NCBI GenBank assembly: GCA_963816395.1
Contig: CAWFKQ010000009.1
Coordinates: 64,001 to 128,000, forward strand
Origin: an uncultured delta proteobacterium
GTDB taxonomy: Bacteria > Desulfobacterota > Desulfuromonadia > Desulfuromonadales > JACZKF01
Length of the DNA: 64,000 nucleotides
Direction of reading: 5' to 3'
Positions 46,671 through 57,719 of this stretch are shown piece after piece (position 1 is the stretch's first letter; the number at the start of each line of letters is the position of its first letter). Position numbers and translations under genes: made by a program. Below the pieces are notes generated by a model. The model did no database searches. It was given only the letters and a program-made list of their open reading frames with translations, and was not told where the DNA came from.

Positions 46671-49175
46671 ATGCTATCTCAACAGAACAAGATAAGCGTC
46701 AGCATCGAAGACGAAATGCGCAAATCCTACATGGATTATGCCATGAGCGTCATCATCGGCCGCGCCCTTCCCGATGTGCGCGACGGTCTGAAGCCGGTGC
46801 ACCGGCGAGTGCTGTTCGCCATGCACGAGTTGGGCAACGAATGGAACAAACCATACAAAAAATCAGCCCGCGTCGTCGGTGATGTCATCGGTAAATTCCA
46901 TCCGCACGGCGACACGGCGGTCTACGATACCATCGTGCGCATGGCGCAGCCTTTTTCAATGCGCCACCCGTTGATCGACGGACAAGGAAACTTCGGTTCG
47001 GTCGACGGCGACTCGCCGGCTGCCATGCGCTACACCGAAGTGCGTATGGCCAGACTGGCGCATGAACTGCTCGCCGATATAGAAAAAGAAACGGTCGATT
47101 TTGGCCCCAACTACGACGACTCCCTGCAGGAGCCGCTGGTACTGCCCTGCAAATTTCCAAACCTGCTGGTCAACGGTTCTGAAGGGATCGCTGTCGGTAT
47201 GGCCACAAAAATTCCTCCGCACAACCTGGGAGAAGTGGTCGATGCCCTGGTGGCGGTAATAGACGATCCGAAAATCGATTTTGAGGAATTACTGGAGAAA
47301 GTCCACGGTCCCGATTTTCCCACCGCCGGTTTCATTCTCGGCCGGGAAGAAATCCGCCAGGCTTACCGTACCGGCCGGGGAATCATCCAGACCAGGGCCA
47401 GAGCTCTGGTGGAGAAGGACCGCCGCACCGGGCGGGAAAGCATCATCGTCACCGAAATACCTTTCCAGGTGAACAAGGCGAAGTTGATTGAAAAGATCGC
47501 CGATCTGGTGAAAGAACGCAGGATAGAGGGGATTTCCGATCTGCGTGACGAGTCGGATCGGGAGGGAATGCGCATTGTCATTGAGTTGAAGAAGGATACC
47601 TTCCCCCAGGTGATTCTCAACCAGCTCTACAAAATGACTCCGATGCAATCCTCCTTCGGCATCATCCTGCTGGCCATTGTCTCCGGGCAGCCACGTATTC
47701 TCACCCTGCGGGATATCCTCGACAAGTTTATCGAGCACCGCAAAGAGATCGTCACCCGGCGCTGTATCTTCGATCTGAAGAAGGCCGAAGCCCGGGCCCA
47801 CATACTGGAAGGGCTGAAGATTGCCCTGGAAAATCTCGATGAGGTAATTCAGATCATCAAGGAAAGCGCCAATCCAGCGCAAGCCAAAGAGCGATTGATG
47901 GCGCGCTTTCTCTTTTCCGACCTTCAGGCGCAGGCCATTCTCGACATGCGCCTGCACCGTCTCACTGGTCTGGAGCGCGACAAGATCATAACCGAGTACC
48001 GAGAGGTGCTGGCCCTGATTCAACGATTGAAAGAAATTCTCGCCAGTGAGGTGGAGATTTTCAAGATCATCCGCGAAGAGTTGCTGGAAATGCGGGAAAA
48101 ATACGCTAATCCCCGGCGTACTGAAATCATCGCGCGCAGCGGTGATCTGTCCCTGGAGGACCTGATCGTCGAAGAAGATATGGTGGTCACCGTCTCCCAT
48201 TCCGGCTACATCAAACGCAACGCCGTCTCCCTGTACCGTGCCCAGCGGCGCGGCGGTAAAGGTAAGACCGGCATGCGGACGAAGGAGGAGGATTTCGTCG
48301 AGCGCCTGTTCATCGCCTCCACCCACTCCTATATCCTCGTCTTCACCGACCTGGGCAAGGTCTATTGGCTGAAGGTGCATGAGATCCCACAGGGGGGGCG
48401 GGCAACGCGCGGCAAGGCGATCGTCAACCTGCTGCAGCTCTCCTCCGGTGAGAACGTCACCAGCATCTTGCCGGTGAAGGAATTCGTCGCGGATAAGTAC
48501 ATCGTTACCGCCACCCGCAATGGGGTGATCAAGAAAACCGAACTGATGGCTTATGCCAATCCGCGCGCAGGGGGGATTATCGCCCTGACCATCGATGAGG
48601 GCGACCGCCTGGTTTCCACCCGCCTTACCGACGGCTCAATGGACATCCTGCTGGCCAGCCGCAATGGCAAATCAATCCGCTTCCCGGAGAGCGATGTGCG
48701 GCCCATGGGACGCACGTCGCGCGGCGTGCGCGGCATGCTGCTGGAGGATGATGAACAATTGATTGGAATGGAGGTGGTTTCCGATGTCACCGCCGCTACC
48801 TTGGTGACGGTCACCGAAAATGGGTACGGAAAGCGCACCGATCTGGCCGAGTACCGTGTGCAGAGCCGTGGCGGCAAAGGGATCATCACCATCAAGACCT
48901 CCGAACGCAATGGCAAGGTGGTGGACATCAAGCTGGTCGATGACGACTCCGACCTGATGCTGATCACTGATGGCGGCAAGGTCTTGCGCATGGCCGTTTC
49001 CGCTTTGTCGATCATCGGCCGCAACACCCAGGGGGTGCGCCTGATGGTACTGGAATCGGGTGAACGTATCGTAGCGGTTGCCAAACTCGCCGAGAAGGAC
49101 GAGGACAATGGAGATACAGAAGCTGAAGAAGAGGCTTTTACAGGAGGAACTGCGGAGGAGGAGGAAGAATTCTAA
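46671..49175 (+). CDS. gyrA: DNA gyrase subunit A
   Basis: [22 protein letters not shown], GyrA box QRRGGKG. Confidence 0.99.
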   Translation: MLSQQNKISVSIEDEMRKSYMDYAMSVIIGRALPDVRDGLKPVHRRVLFAMHELGNEWNKPYKKSARVVGDVIGKFHPHGDTAVYDTIVRMAQPFSMRHPLIDGQGNFGSVDGDSPAAMRYTEVRMARLAHELLADIEKETVDFGPNYDDSLQEPLVLPCKFPNLLVNGSEGIAVGMATKIPPHNLGEVVDALVAVIDDPKIDFEELLEKVHGPDFPTAGFILGREEIRQAYRTGRGIIQTRARALVEKDRRTGRESIIVTEIPFQVNKAKLIEKIADLVKERRIEGISDLRDESDREGMRIVIELKKDTFPQVILNQLYKMTPMQSSFGIILLAIVSGQPRILTLRDILDKFIEHRKEIVTRRCIFDLKKAEARAHILEGLKIALENLDEVIQIIKESANPAQAKERLMARFLFSDLQAQAILDMRLHRLTGLERDKIITEYREVLALIQRLKEILASEVEIFKIIREELLEMREKYANPRRTEIIARSGDLSLEDLIVEEDMVVTVSHSGYIKRNAVSLYRAQRRGGKGKTGMRTKEEDFVERLFIASTHSYILVFTDLGKVYWLKVHEIPQGGRATRGKAIVNLLQLSSGENVTSILPVKEFVADKYIVTATRNGVIKKTELMAYANPRAGGIIALTIDEGDRLVSTRLTDGSMDILLASRNGKSIRFPESDVRPMGRTSRGVRGMLLEDDEQLIGMEVVSDVTAATLVTVTENGYGKRTDLAEYRVQSRGGKGIITIKTSERNGKVVDIKLVDDDSDLMLITDGGKVLRMAVSALSIIGRNTQGVRLMVLESGERIVAVAKLAEKDEDNGDTEAEEEAFTGGTAEEEEEF

Positions 49176-49989
49176 ACATTTCCGCCTGCTGGTCACGTCC
49201 GCCCTGCTTCTGCTGATTGTCCTGTTTGCCGGCCTGATTTTCTATGTCTCCAACCTGGACCACATGCTGGAGGAGGATTATGTCCGGGCCGATGCGCTGG
49301 TGGAAAAGGGGGGATATGAGGAGGCGGTCGAAATCTATCGCGGTATCTATCGGCGCCATCCCACTTTTCACCTCTCCTCCCAGGCAATCTTTCAGGCAGG
49401 GGAGGTGTTAAACCTGTACCTGAAGAAATATCGGGAGGCTCTGCTCGCCTATCTGATGGTTGAAAAGGATTATCCCCGCTCCGAATTGACTCGCAAGGCC
49501 CAATTTCAGGTGGCGGAAATCTACAAATACCGGCTGCGCGACTACAGCCGGGCCATAGTAGCCTATCAGAAGCTCCTGGATGCCGGTGCCCCCCGCGGCG
49601 ACCGGTTGCAATACGAGGTGGCGGACGCCTATTTCCGCCTGGAGAATTTCGAGCAAGCGCGCATCGAGTTCGAAACCCTCCAGAAGAATTATCCGGACAG
49701 TCCATTGCTGCCGGAAGTTCAGTATCGCATTGCCGTTGCCTGGTCGCTGGAAGGAGAACCGGCGGCGGCAGAGAAGGCGTTCCGGCAGGTAGAGAAAAAG
49801 TGGCCCGATGATCCCTATACCCTGGAGGCCCGCTTCGGACTTGCATCAGTGCTGGAGGATCGCGAGGAACTGACCGACGCGCTGAAGGTGCTGGAGAGTC
49901 TGGCCGGCACCTATCCCAATGCCGAGGCGCTGAGCAAAAAGACGGAGCAGGTGCGGGAGCGCATCAGGAAGAAGAAGAAAGCCATTTGA
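49108..49989 (+). CDS. Membrane-anchored TPR protein (YbgF/BamD-like); start uncertain
   Basis: N-terminal TM segment and repeated TPR motifs ending in YP.S (KDYPRS, KNYPDS). Confidence 0.75.
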   Translation: MEIQKLKKRLLQEELRRRRKNSKHFRLLVTSALLLLIVLFAGLIFYVSNLDHMLEEDYVRADALVEKGGYEEAVEIYRGIYRRHPTFHLSSQAIFQAGEVLNLYLKKYREALLAYLMVEKDYPRSELTRKAQFQVAEIYKYRLRDYSRAIVAYQKLLDAGAPRGDRLQYEVADAYFRLENFEQARIEFETLQKNYPDSPLLPEVQYRIAVAWSLEGEPAAAEKAFRQVEKKWPDDPYTLEARFGLASVLEDREELTDALKVLESLAGTYPNAEALSKKTEQVRERIRKKKKAI

Positions 49990-49999
49990 GGAAACCTCG

Positions 50000-50999
50000 A
50001 TGAATATTGGCGTGATCGGTGCCGGCAGTTGGGGAACCACCCTCGCCGACCTGCTGGCGAAAAAAGGCAATGCGGTAACTTTGTGGGTTTACGAGCCGGA
50101 GCTGGCCGCTCGCCTGCCGCTCAGCCGGGAAAATGACTTGTATTTGCCCGGCTTTCCCCTGGCGGAAAACCTCGTTTTTAGCTGCCGATTTGCTAGAAGT
50201 GGCTGCCGGCAAGGAAATGTTGGTGCTGGTCCCACCCTCCCAGGTGATGCGTCAGGTGATGCGTCAGGTCACCTCCCATATCGCCCCTGAGACCTTGCTG
50301 GTGTCGGCTTCCAAAGGCATTGAGAATGACTCGCTGCTGCTGATGTCGGAAGTTCTGGGTGAGGTACTCCCCACCCTGGCAGGTCAGACCGCCTTTCTCT
50401 CCGGGCCATCTTTCGCCCGGGAAGTGGCAGCCGGCATGCCGACGGCGGTGGCGGTGGCCGCCCGTAATCCCGAAGTCGCCAGCAGGGTGCAGGAAGTCTG
50501 CAGCACCGCGACTTTCCGGGTCTATACCAACGAAGATGTGATCGGGGTGGAAATGGCCGGTGCTTTGAAAAATATCATCGCCCTGGCCGCCGGGGTTGCC
50601 GATGGCCTCGGGTTCGGTTACAACACCCGCGCCGCCCTGATCACCCGCGGTCTGGCAGAAATAACGCGGCTGGGGGTGGCCAAGGGAGCTGACGCTGCCA
50701 CCTTCGCCGGTCTGGCCGGCATCGGGGACCTGGTGCTCACCTGCACCGGCGATCTCTCCCGCAACCGTTCGGTGGGGATGGCGCTCGGCCGGGGGAAGAG
50801 CCTGGAGGAGATTCTGTCCGGTATGACAATGGTTGCGGAAGGGGTGAAAACCACCCTGTCTGCCTACCAGCTGGCCTCTCGTCTGGGAGTGGAGATACCC
50901 ATCACCGAGCAGATGTACGGCATCCTTTACGAAGGGAAGAGCGCCCGTCAGGCAGTGGCCGACCTGATGCTGCGCGAGCTGAAAGCCGAAGGAATCTGA
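50000..50999 (+). CDS. gpsA: NAD(P)H-dependent glycerol-3-phosphate dehydrogenase, frameshift near 50180
   Basis: IGAGSWGT, SKGIE, LSGPSFA, ALKNIIA, GDLVLTC..SRN. Confidence 0.96.
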
Positions 51000-51014
51000 A
51001 GAAGGGAACAGAAT

Positions 51015-51576
51015 ATGCGCCTGCTGCTGTTGGTTTGTCTGCTGCTATTGCCGTCGGTCGCTCCTGCCATGCAGTACGTCCTTCTGGAAACCAGTCGCGG
51101 CGAGATCAAGCTGGAACTGGATGACCAGCGGGCGCCGGAGACGGTGAAAAATTTCCTCACTTATGCCGAGGCCGGATTTTACGACGGGACCATCTTTCAC
51201 CGGGTGGTCGCCGATTTTATGATTCAGGGAGGGGGCTACACCGCCGACCTGCAGGCCAAACCGACCCTCGCGCCAATCCGTAACGAGGCCGGAAATGGAC
51301 TGAAGAACCGCCGGGGCACCATCGCCATGGCGCGCACCCCGATGATCGACAGTGCCACCAGCCAATTTTTCATCAATCTCCGGGACAATGATTTTCTCGA
51401 CCACCGGGGGAATGACCCGGAAAGTTTCGGCTACGCCGTATTCGGTCGGGTGGTGGCAGGCATGGACGTCGTCGACTCTATTGGTAAACTTAAGAACGGG
51501 CCGGAAGAATGCCCGGTTTCCGAGTCTTCCGGAGGAGACGGTAATTATCCGGAAGGTCAGCCGGGCGGGCCAATAA
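51015..51576 (+). CDS. ppiA: Periplasmic cyclophilin-type peptidyl-prolyl isomerase, frameshift near the 3' end
   Basis: Signal peptide; FHRVV.DFMIQGG, IAMART, SQFFIN, YAVFG.V. Confidence 0.92.
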
Positions 51577-51641
51577 GGATAACAAACCGGGGTGAATGCT
51601 GAGGAGGGCTGACCGGAACGGGCCGGCCGGAAAAGGGGCAA

Positions 51642-52377
51642 GTGACGACCATCCGTGTGATGACCTACAATGTCAAGCGATGCCGGGGTTCCGACGACCG
51701 GGAAGACCCGGAGCGCATTGCGCGCGTCGTCAGTGAGAGTGCCCCGGACATTGTCGCCCTGCAGGAGATCGATGCCTGCCCGGAAAATGACCAGCTCGGC
51801 CAGACTCGCCGAGCGGCTGGGGATGCGCCGTTACGGCCTGTCCCGCTACTGCGCCAACGCTTTTCTCTCTTATTACCCGCTGAAGGGAATTCAGGAATTC
51901 GAATTGGGCGAAGGAGGTTGTTGCCTGCGAGCCGATGCCGATCTCAACGGGCAGCGGCTGCATTTGTTCAACCTGCGCCTCGATTCGGCCCCGTCGGCGC
52001 GCCGACGGCAAATTTCGGTCTTGCTCGGCCCTGATCTGCTGGGAAATGCCGCTCTGGGCTGCCCAACCCTGGTCCTGGGGGATTTTGCCGATCTCCTCTG
52101 GGGACCCGGCAACATCAATCTTACCCTGGTCCTGCGCAAGGCCCGGCGGCCGTTGTGGAGCTCCACCTATCCAGCCCGTTTCCCCGTGGCCGGGCGCGAC
52201 CGGGCCTACCTGCGCGGCGAGCTGCGTATCGTCGATTCCAACATTCCCCGCTCTCCGCTGGCCCGGCAGGCCTCGACACATCTCCCCCTCAGCCTGACGG
52301 TCAAGATCACCGACCCGCGCACCTACTTGCGCGTGGAGAAGCTCCACCCGGGGCAGATGAAAATCGCCCCCGGGTAA
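51642..52377 (+). CDS. Endonuclease/exonuclease/phosphatase (EEP) family protein, frameshift near 51800
   Basis: RVMTYNV, PDIVALQEID, NAFLS.YP, VLGDF, TYPA, ASTHLP. Confidence 0.85.
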
Positions 52378-52380
52378 TTC

Positions 52381-52411
52381 TGTGGATAACCCTGTGGAAA
52401 TCTGTGTATGA
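52381..52411. promoter_or_regulatory. DnaA-box cluster upstream of nth
   Basis: TGTGGATAA (perfect) followed by TGTGGAAAT and TGTGTATGA. Confidence 0.6.
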
Positions 52412-53062
52412 GTGAAGAAGGAGGCAACAAGAAGCGCGCCTTGGCCGTCCTCGATATTCTCGCCGCCACCTACCCCGATGCCCGCATCGCCCTGCATTTC
52501 AGCACCCCATGGGAGCTTCTGGTGGCGACGATTCTGTCAGCCCAGTGCACCGATGTGCGGGTAAATATGGTGACCCCCGAGCTTTTCCGCACGTATCCGG
52601 ACGCAAGATCCTTTGCTGCCGCCGATTTCGAAAACCTGGCGAATGACTATCCGCTCCACCGGTTTTTTTCGCGCCAAGGCGAAGAGCCTGATCGGAGCGG
52701 CCTCCCAGATTACCAAACTGCACGACGGCGAAGTGCCAAGAACCATGGAGGAACTGACCGCTCTTCCGGGCGTCGGGCGCAAGACCGCCAACGTCGTGCT
52801 CGGTAATGCCTTCGGCATACCGGGAATGGTGGTCGATACCCACGTGAAACGGGTTGCCGCCCGTCTCGGCTGGACCCGGGAGAGTGATCCGGAAAAAATT
52901 GAGCAGGATCTCTGCCGGCTGCTGCCGCAGGAGCGCTGGACTCAAGCCAGCCACCTGCTGATCTGGCATGGCCGGCGGCTCTGCAAGGCGCCGACTCCCC
53001 TCTGTTCCGCCTGCCCCGTGCACAGGCTCTGCCCACGGACGGGCGTGAAGAAGTCCCGGTAA
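52408..53062 (+). CDS. nth: Endonuclease III, frameshift near 52645
   Basis: LLVATILSAQCTD, LPGVGRKTANVV, VDTHV, FeS motif C-x6-C-x2-C-x5-C. Confidence 0.96.
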
Positions 53063-53128
53063 GATCCGGGAGAGCCGCCGCCGCGGCAGTGTCTTCCCCG
53101 CACTTCTGCTTCCTGACGTAAACCGCCA

Positions 53129-53168
53129 GAAAAGAAGCCGCCGGCATTCTGTAGCTGCGGCGGCTTCG
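53129..53168. terminator. Terminator between convergent nth and PBP1A
   Basis: AAAAGAAGCCGCCG-loop-CGGCGGCTTC. Confidence 0.6.
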
Positions 53169-53197
53169 TCCTCCCGGTTGATCGATATCCTTTCCCC

Positions 53198-55621
53198 TTA
53201 TTTTCCGCCAGTATCCTCCATGTCCAGACGGAAGAAGTCACGGGCCTTCGGTTTCTCATCGAGGGCGTAGCGGGAAGGTGCGGTCCCCGGGGCGAAGGCC
53301 TCGATGGAGACGTCCGGGCTGTCTTCGGGGGCGAGCAGACCGGTCGCCGGATCGATGGCGTGGAATTCGATGTCTTCCGGCACGGGAAAGGGGAGAGGCT
53401 CCAGGCCCTTCACCGCTTCCTGCATGAAGGCCAGCCAGGCCGGCAGGGCGGCCCGGGCGCCGGTTTCCTTTTCCCCGAGCGGCCGTTCCTGGTCATAGCC
53501 GACCCAGGCGACGGCCGTTAACTGCGGTACGAAACCGCCGAACCAGGCGTCCTTCAGGTCATTGGTGGTGCCGGTTTTTCCGGCTACCGGCCGGCCGAGG
53601 ACCTTGGCGCGCTGGCCGGTGCCGCTGCGAACCACGCTTTCCATCAGGTTGGTGATCAGGTAGGCAGTCTCCGGCGAGATGACCCGCTCCGGAGACTGGC
53701 GGATGAGGTGTTGCCCCTTGCCGGGACCGCTCGGGAAATCGGCGGGATCGGCGGATTCCAGAACCCGGCCGTCGCGGTCGAGGATCTTGGTGATATAGAT
53801 CGGATCGACGCGCACGCCGCCGTTGGCGAAGACGGAGTAGGCGGTGGCCAACTCCAGGGGAGTGATGGCGGAGGAGCCGAGGGCCAGGGTCAGGTCCTGC
53901 GTCAGAGGGGATTCGATCCCCAGCTTTCGGGCATAGCGGGCAGCATAATTCACCCCGATGTCTTCCAGAATCTTGATGGTGATGACGTTGTTGGAGTGGG
54001 TCAGGGCCTGCCGGACGGAGGTGGGGCCGAAAAAATGCTGGGAATAGTTTCTCGGCTTCCACTCGTTCTCCTCGCCGCTCTCGTTTTTTTCCTTGAAGAT
54101 CACCGGGGTGTCTAGAACGATGTTGGCGGGCGTATACCCCTTGTCGAGCGCGGCGGCATAGATGATCGGTTTGAATGCCGAGCCGGGCAGCCGGCGAGCC
54201 TGCAGAACCCGGTTGAACTGGCTGGTAGCGAAATCGTAGCCGCCGACCATCGCCCTGACCTGCCCCGAGTGGGGGTCGAGGGCAACCAGGGCCCCCTGCG
54301 CCTGCGGTTGCTGTTCCAAGCGGAGGTGCAAGGTACCATTTTCCTCTGCGCCGTCGACCTGGACCAGCAGGACAGAGCCGATCGGAAGGCGGGTTTCGGA
54401 ACCGTTGGCGTTGCCGCTGGCGGCCTTGCCCCGCGCCACCACCCGGACCCGGCCGGCCCACCGGCAGCTGTCCAGCGGAATCTCGCCCCGGAAGGGGCCG
54501 ATACGTACCTGCAGGACTTTGTCACTACCGCCGGTCAGTACCCCTTCCAGCAGGGTGTGGAGAGCCGGCGGCTGTCCGTCGAGGGTATTTTCCTGTTCGG
54601 CGAGGAAGCCTTTTTCCTCCTCCAGAGACAGAACTCGGCGCGGGCCGCGATATCCTTGGCGCTGATCATGATTGCGCAGATTTTCCTGGACCGCATTCTG
54701 GGCGGCCTGCTGCAGGTGCAGATTCATGGTGGTATGAACTTCCAGCCCGCCGGTATAAAGAAGCTCCGCCCCGTAAGTCTCCTCCAGGTACCGACGGACC
54801 TGTTCGGTGAAATAACCGGCCTCGGCGATATGGGCGTTAACCCGCGGATGGATATGCAAGGGCTCGGCTGTAGCTACGGCGGCCTCCTCCGGGGTGATGT
54901 ATCCTTCCGTCACCATCCGGCCGAGGACGTATTTCTGTCTCTCTTTGGCGCGGGCCAGGTAGCGGTAGGGGGAATAGCGGCTGGGGGCCTGCGGCAGGCC
55001 GCCGAGCATGGCGCACTCGGCCAGGGTGAGGTCCTGCACGTCCTTGCCGAAGTAATTCTCCGCCGCCGCCTGGACGCCGTAGGCGCCGTGCCCCAGATAA
55101 ATCTGGTTCAGGTAGAGATAGAGGATTTCCTCCTTGGAAAGCTTCTTCTCCATCCGCCAGGCGAGGATGGCCTCCTTGAATTTGCGGGAAAATTTCTTCT
55201 CGGGAGAGAGCAGCAGGCTCTTGGCGACCTGCTGGGTGATCGTGCTGCCGCCCTGAACAATGCCGCCGGCCAGCAGGTTTTTCAGGGCCGCTCGCAGAAT
55301 GGAAATCAAGTCGATTCCCTGGTGCTGGAAAAAATTACTGTCCTCGGCGGAGATGAAAGCCTGGATAAGCTGTCGCGGCATGCGCTCGACGGGCACGATG
55401 ATGCGCCGCTCGCGGGCGAATTCGGCAATCAGGGTACCGTCTTCGCTGTAGACGCGGCTAATCACCGGCGGCCGATAATCTTCCAGAGTCTCGACCCGGG
55501 GGAGAGAAGAAGCGACATAAAAATAGGCGCCGACGATTCCGGCTACCGCCAGCAGCAGAACGCCGGACGCGGCAAGCAGAAGAGAACGAAGGAGGGAGCG
55601 AAAGGACATAGCAGACACCAT
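53198..55621 (-). CDS. mrcA: Penicillin-binding protein 1A
   Basis: Transglycosylase ED.NF..H.G and GGSTITQQ; transpeptidase SAFK, SNN, KTG. Confidence 0.96.
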   Translation of the reverse strand: MVSAMSFRSLLRSLLLAASGVLLLAVAGIVGAYFYVASSLPRVETLEDYRPPVISRVYSEDGTLIAEFARERRIIVPVERMPRQLIQAFISAEDSNFFQHQGIDLISILRAALKNLLAGGIVQGGSTITQQVAKSLLLSPEKKFSRKFKEAILAWRMEKKLSKEEILYLYLNQIYLGHGAYGVQAAAENYFGKDVQDLTLAECAMLGGLPQAPSRYSPYRYLARAKERQKYVLGRMVTEGYITPEEAAVATAEPLHIHPRVNAHIAEAGYFTEQVRRYLEETYGAELLYTGGLEVHTTMNLHLQQAAQNAVQENLRNHDQRQGYRGPRRVLSLEEEKGFLAEQENTLDGQPPALHTLLEGVLTGGSDKVLQVRIGPFRGEIPLDSCRWAGRVRVVARGKAASGNANGSETRLPIGSVLLVQVDGAEENGTLHLRLEQQPQAQGALVALDPHSGQVRAMVGGYDFATSQFNRVLQARRLPGSAFKPIIYAAALDKGYTPANIVLDTPVIFKEKNESGEENEWKPRNYSQHFFGPTSVRQALTHSNNVITIKILEDIGVNYAARYARKLGIESPLTQDLTLALGSSAITPLELATAYSVFANGGVRVDPIYITKILDRDGRVLESADPADFPSGPGKGQHLIRQSPERVISPETAYLITNLMESVVRSGTGQRAKVLGRPVAGKTGTTNDLKDAWFGGFVPQLTAVAWVGYDQERPLGEKETGARAALPAWLAFMQEAVKGLEPLPFPVPEDIEFHAIDPATGLLAPEDSPDVSIEAFAPGTAPSRYALDEKPKARDFFRLDMEDTGGK

Positions 55622-55684
55622 TCATCATTTTACGGAAGCTGTATAACTACCATATTTACCGGCGGAGTGGCAACGGTTTACCGT

Positions 55685-55712
55685 TTGCCTGCCCGACCGC
55701 CTGTGGTATAGT
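55685..55712 (+). promoter_or_regulatory. Putative sigma70 promoter of the cytochrome gene and pyk
   Basis: TTGCCT-N16-TATAGT with an extended -10 TG. Confidence 0.45.
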
Positions 55713-55754
55713 TCCTGCGAATCATAATGCAATGCAAGGGAGGTTTCGAGCGGC

Positions 55755-56075
55755 ATGAAGAGGTTTCTGGCCCTGCTTCTATTGGCGGTTTTAATCCTGG
55801 GATGCGCTATGTTCAAGTCATGGCAGGCGATCCCGCCTCCGGGCGGCTGCGACAAGTGCCATACCAAGAAGATCAGCGCCGATTGGCAGGTCGCCTACGT
55901 CCCGGCAACCATTCACAGCGAGACGGGCCAGGAGCCGTGGCAGAAACCGGAAGCCATTCTGCCGCCGGAATCCTCACCCCTCGAACGGATGAAGATCACC
56001 GAGGAGCGCTGTTTCCGCTGCCATAAAGGGCCGGACAAGGCGCACGTCGAGTACAAGGGACGCTATCACCATTAA
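55755..56075 (+). CDS. Diheme c-type cytochrome lipoprotein
   Basis: Lipobox ILGC; two CxxCH motifs (CDKCH, CFRCH); GGAGG RBS. Confidence 0.85.
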   Translation: MKRFLALLLLAVLILGCAMFKSWQAIPPPGGCDKCHTKKISADWQVAYVPATIHSETGQEPWQKPEAILPPESSPLERMKITEERCFRCHKGPDKAHVEYKGRYHH

Positions 56076-56160
56076 TCCTCTCCGGACCGGTCGCAGGGAC
56101 CTGCTTTCGGGTCCCTTTCGTGGTTTTACAGGGACGGCTGGCGGATGGAAGGAGAAGCGC

Positions 56161-57609
56161 ATGTTTCGCCGAACCAAGATTGTCGCCACCCTGGGTCCGG
56201 CCAGCGAATCGGAGGAGCGGCTGCGGGCGTTGATGGAAGCGGGGGCCGATGTTTTCCGTCTCAACTTCTCCCATGGCGATCATGCCTCAAAAGCCACTCT
56301 GATCCGCCGGATCCGTGAAATCTCCCGCCAGCGCCGCCAGGCGGTAGCCATCCTCGGCGATTTGCAGGGGCCGAAAATCCGCACCGGATTAATGAAGGAT
56401 GGGGCGCTGCAGCTGTTTCCCGGGCAGGAGGTGACGGTCACCATTCGGGACGTCCTGGGGGAGGGGAGCCTGATTCCCACCACCTACCGTGAGTTACCGC
56501 GAGATGTGCGACCGGGAGACCAGGTACTGCTCGACGACGGGCTGATGGAGCTGCAGGTCCTGACCGTCCAGCCGGAGGAGGTGCGCTGCCGGGTCAAGGT
56601 GGGAGGTCTGTTGAAAAACCGCAAGGGAATGAATCTCCCCGGGGTAACCGTCTCAGCACCGGCTCTCACCGACAAGGATCGTGAAGATCTTGCTTTTTGC
56701 ATCCGCGAAGAGGTTGATTATCTGGCCCTCTCCTTTGTCCGCCGGGCCGAGGATCTTCTGGAGCTGAAGGATATCCTCTTTCAGCAGAAGGCCGATATCC
56801 GGGTGATCGCCAAAATCGAGAAACCGCAGGCCGTGGATAACTTCGACGCCATCCTGGAGGTGACCGACGGTATCATGGTGGCGCGCGGCGATTTGGGGGT
56901 GGAGATGAGCCCGGAGAAGGTGCCGCTGATTCAGAAGAAGATTATCCGCAAGTGCAACGAGGCCGGCAAGCCGGTCATCACCGCCACCCAGATGCTGGAG
57001 AGCATGATTGAAAACCCCCGTCCCACCCGCGCCGAAACCTCGGATGTGGCCAATGCCATTCTCGATGGCACCGATGCAGTGATGCTTTCGGCCGAAACCG
57101 CCTCCGGCAAATACCCGGTGGAGGCGGTATCCCTGATGGTGCGGGTCGCCCTCGACGTGGAACGCGAGCCGCTGCTGCAGGAGCGGGCCTTTCACCGCAT
57201 TCCCGAACTGCGCGGCTACCGCAGCCTGCCGGAGGCGATCGGCCAGGCGGCGGTGCGGGTGGCGGAGAATGTGGGAGCGACGGCCATCCTGGCTTTCACC
57301 CAGACCGGCAGCACCGCGGCTCTGGTAGCCAAATATCGGCCGCCGGTGCCGATCTTCGCCGTCACTCCCTCGCAGGCGGTGCGCCGCCGGCTCTCCCTGT
57401 ATGCCGGTGTGCGCTCCATCCGGGTCGACATCCGCGGCGACACCGAAGCCCAGATCCGCTCCGTGGAAGAGGCGGTGCTGGTTGCCGGAGTGGTGGCGAA
57501 AGGGGAGGTGGTGGTGATCACGATGGGGAGTCCCGTTTCCGCTCCCGGCACCACCAATCTGCTTAAGGTGCACCGGCTCGGCACCGGAGAGTTTTATGAA
57601 GTCCATTAA
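56161..57609 (+). CDS. pyk: Pyruvate kinase
   Basis: [39 protein letters not shown]. Confidence 0.98.
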   Translation: MFRRTKIVATLGPASESEERLRALMEAGADVFRLNFSHGDHASKATLIRRIREISRQRRQAVAILGDLQGPKIRTGLMKDGALQLFPGQEVTVTIRDVLGEGSLIPTTYRELPRDVRPGDQVLLDDGLMELQVLTVQPEEVRCRVKVGGLLKNRKGMNLPGVTVSAPALTDKDREDLAFCIREEVDYLALSFVRRAEDLLELKDILFQQKADIRVIAKIEKPQAVDNFDAILEVTDGIMVARGDLGVEMSPEKVPLIQKKIIRKCNEAGKPVITATQMLESMIENPRPTRAETSDVANAILDGTDAVMLSAETASGKYPVEAVSLMVRVALDVEREPLLQERAFHRIPELRGYRSLPEAIGQAAVRVAENVGATAILAFTQTGSTAALVAKYRPPVPIFAVTPSQAVRRRLSLYAGVRSIRVDIRGDTEAQIRSVEEAVLVAGVVAKGEVVVITMGSPVSAPGTTNLLKVHRLGTGEFYEVH

Positions 57610-57614
57610 CTGCG

Positions 57615-57704
57615 TGGCGCGGGGCAAGAGGCCAGCGGCAAGAGGAAAACCGCCGATCTCGAGGGTTTCCCTTTTGCCCCTTGCCTCTTGCCTTCGCGCC
57701 TGCC
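57615..57704. repeat. 7-bp-periodic inverted repeat in the pyk-queC spacer
   Basis: GGGCAAG AGGCCAG CGGCAAG AGGAAAA ... CTTTTG CCCCTTG CCTCTTG CCTTCGCG CCT. Confidence 0.7.
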
Positions 57705-57719
57705 ATCGAGGGTCTTCCG

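Noticed and set aside
50241..50270. 12-bp tandem duplication CAGGTGATGCGT in gpsA
   Set aside because: In frame, within a helix of apparently normal length (QVMRQVMRQV); probably coincidental
56834..56842. DnaA-box-like GTGGATAAC in pyk
   Set aside because: A single site explained by the codons for Val-Asp-Asn
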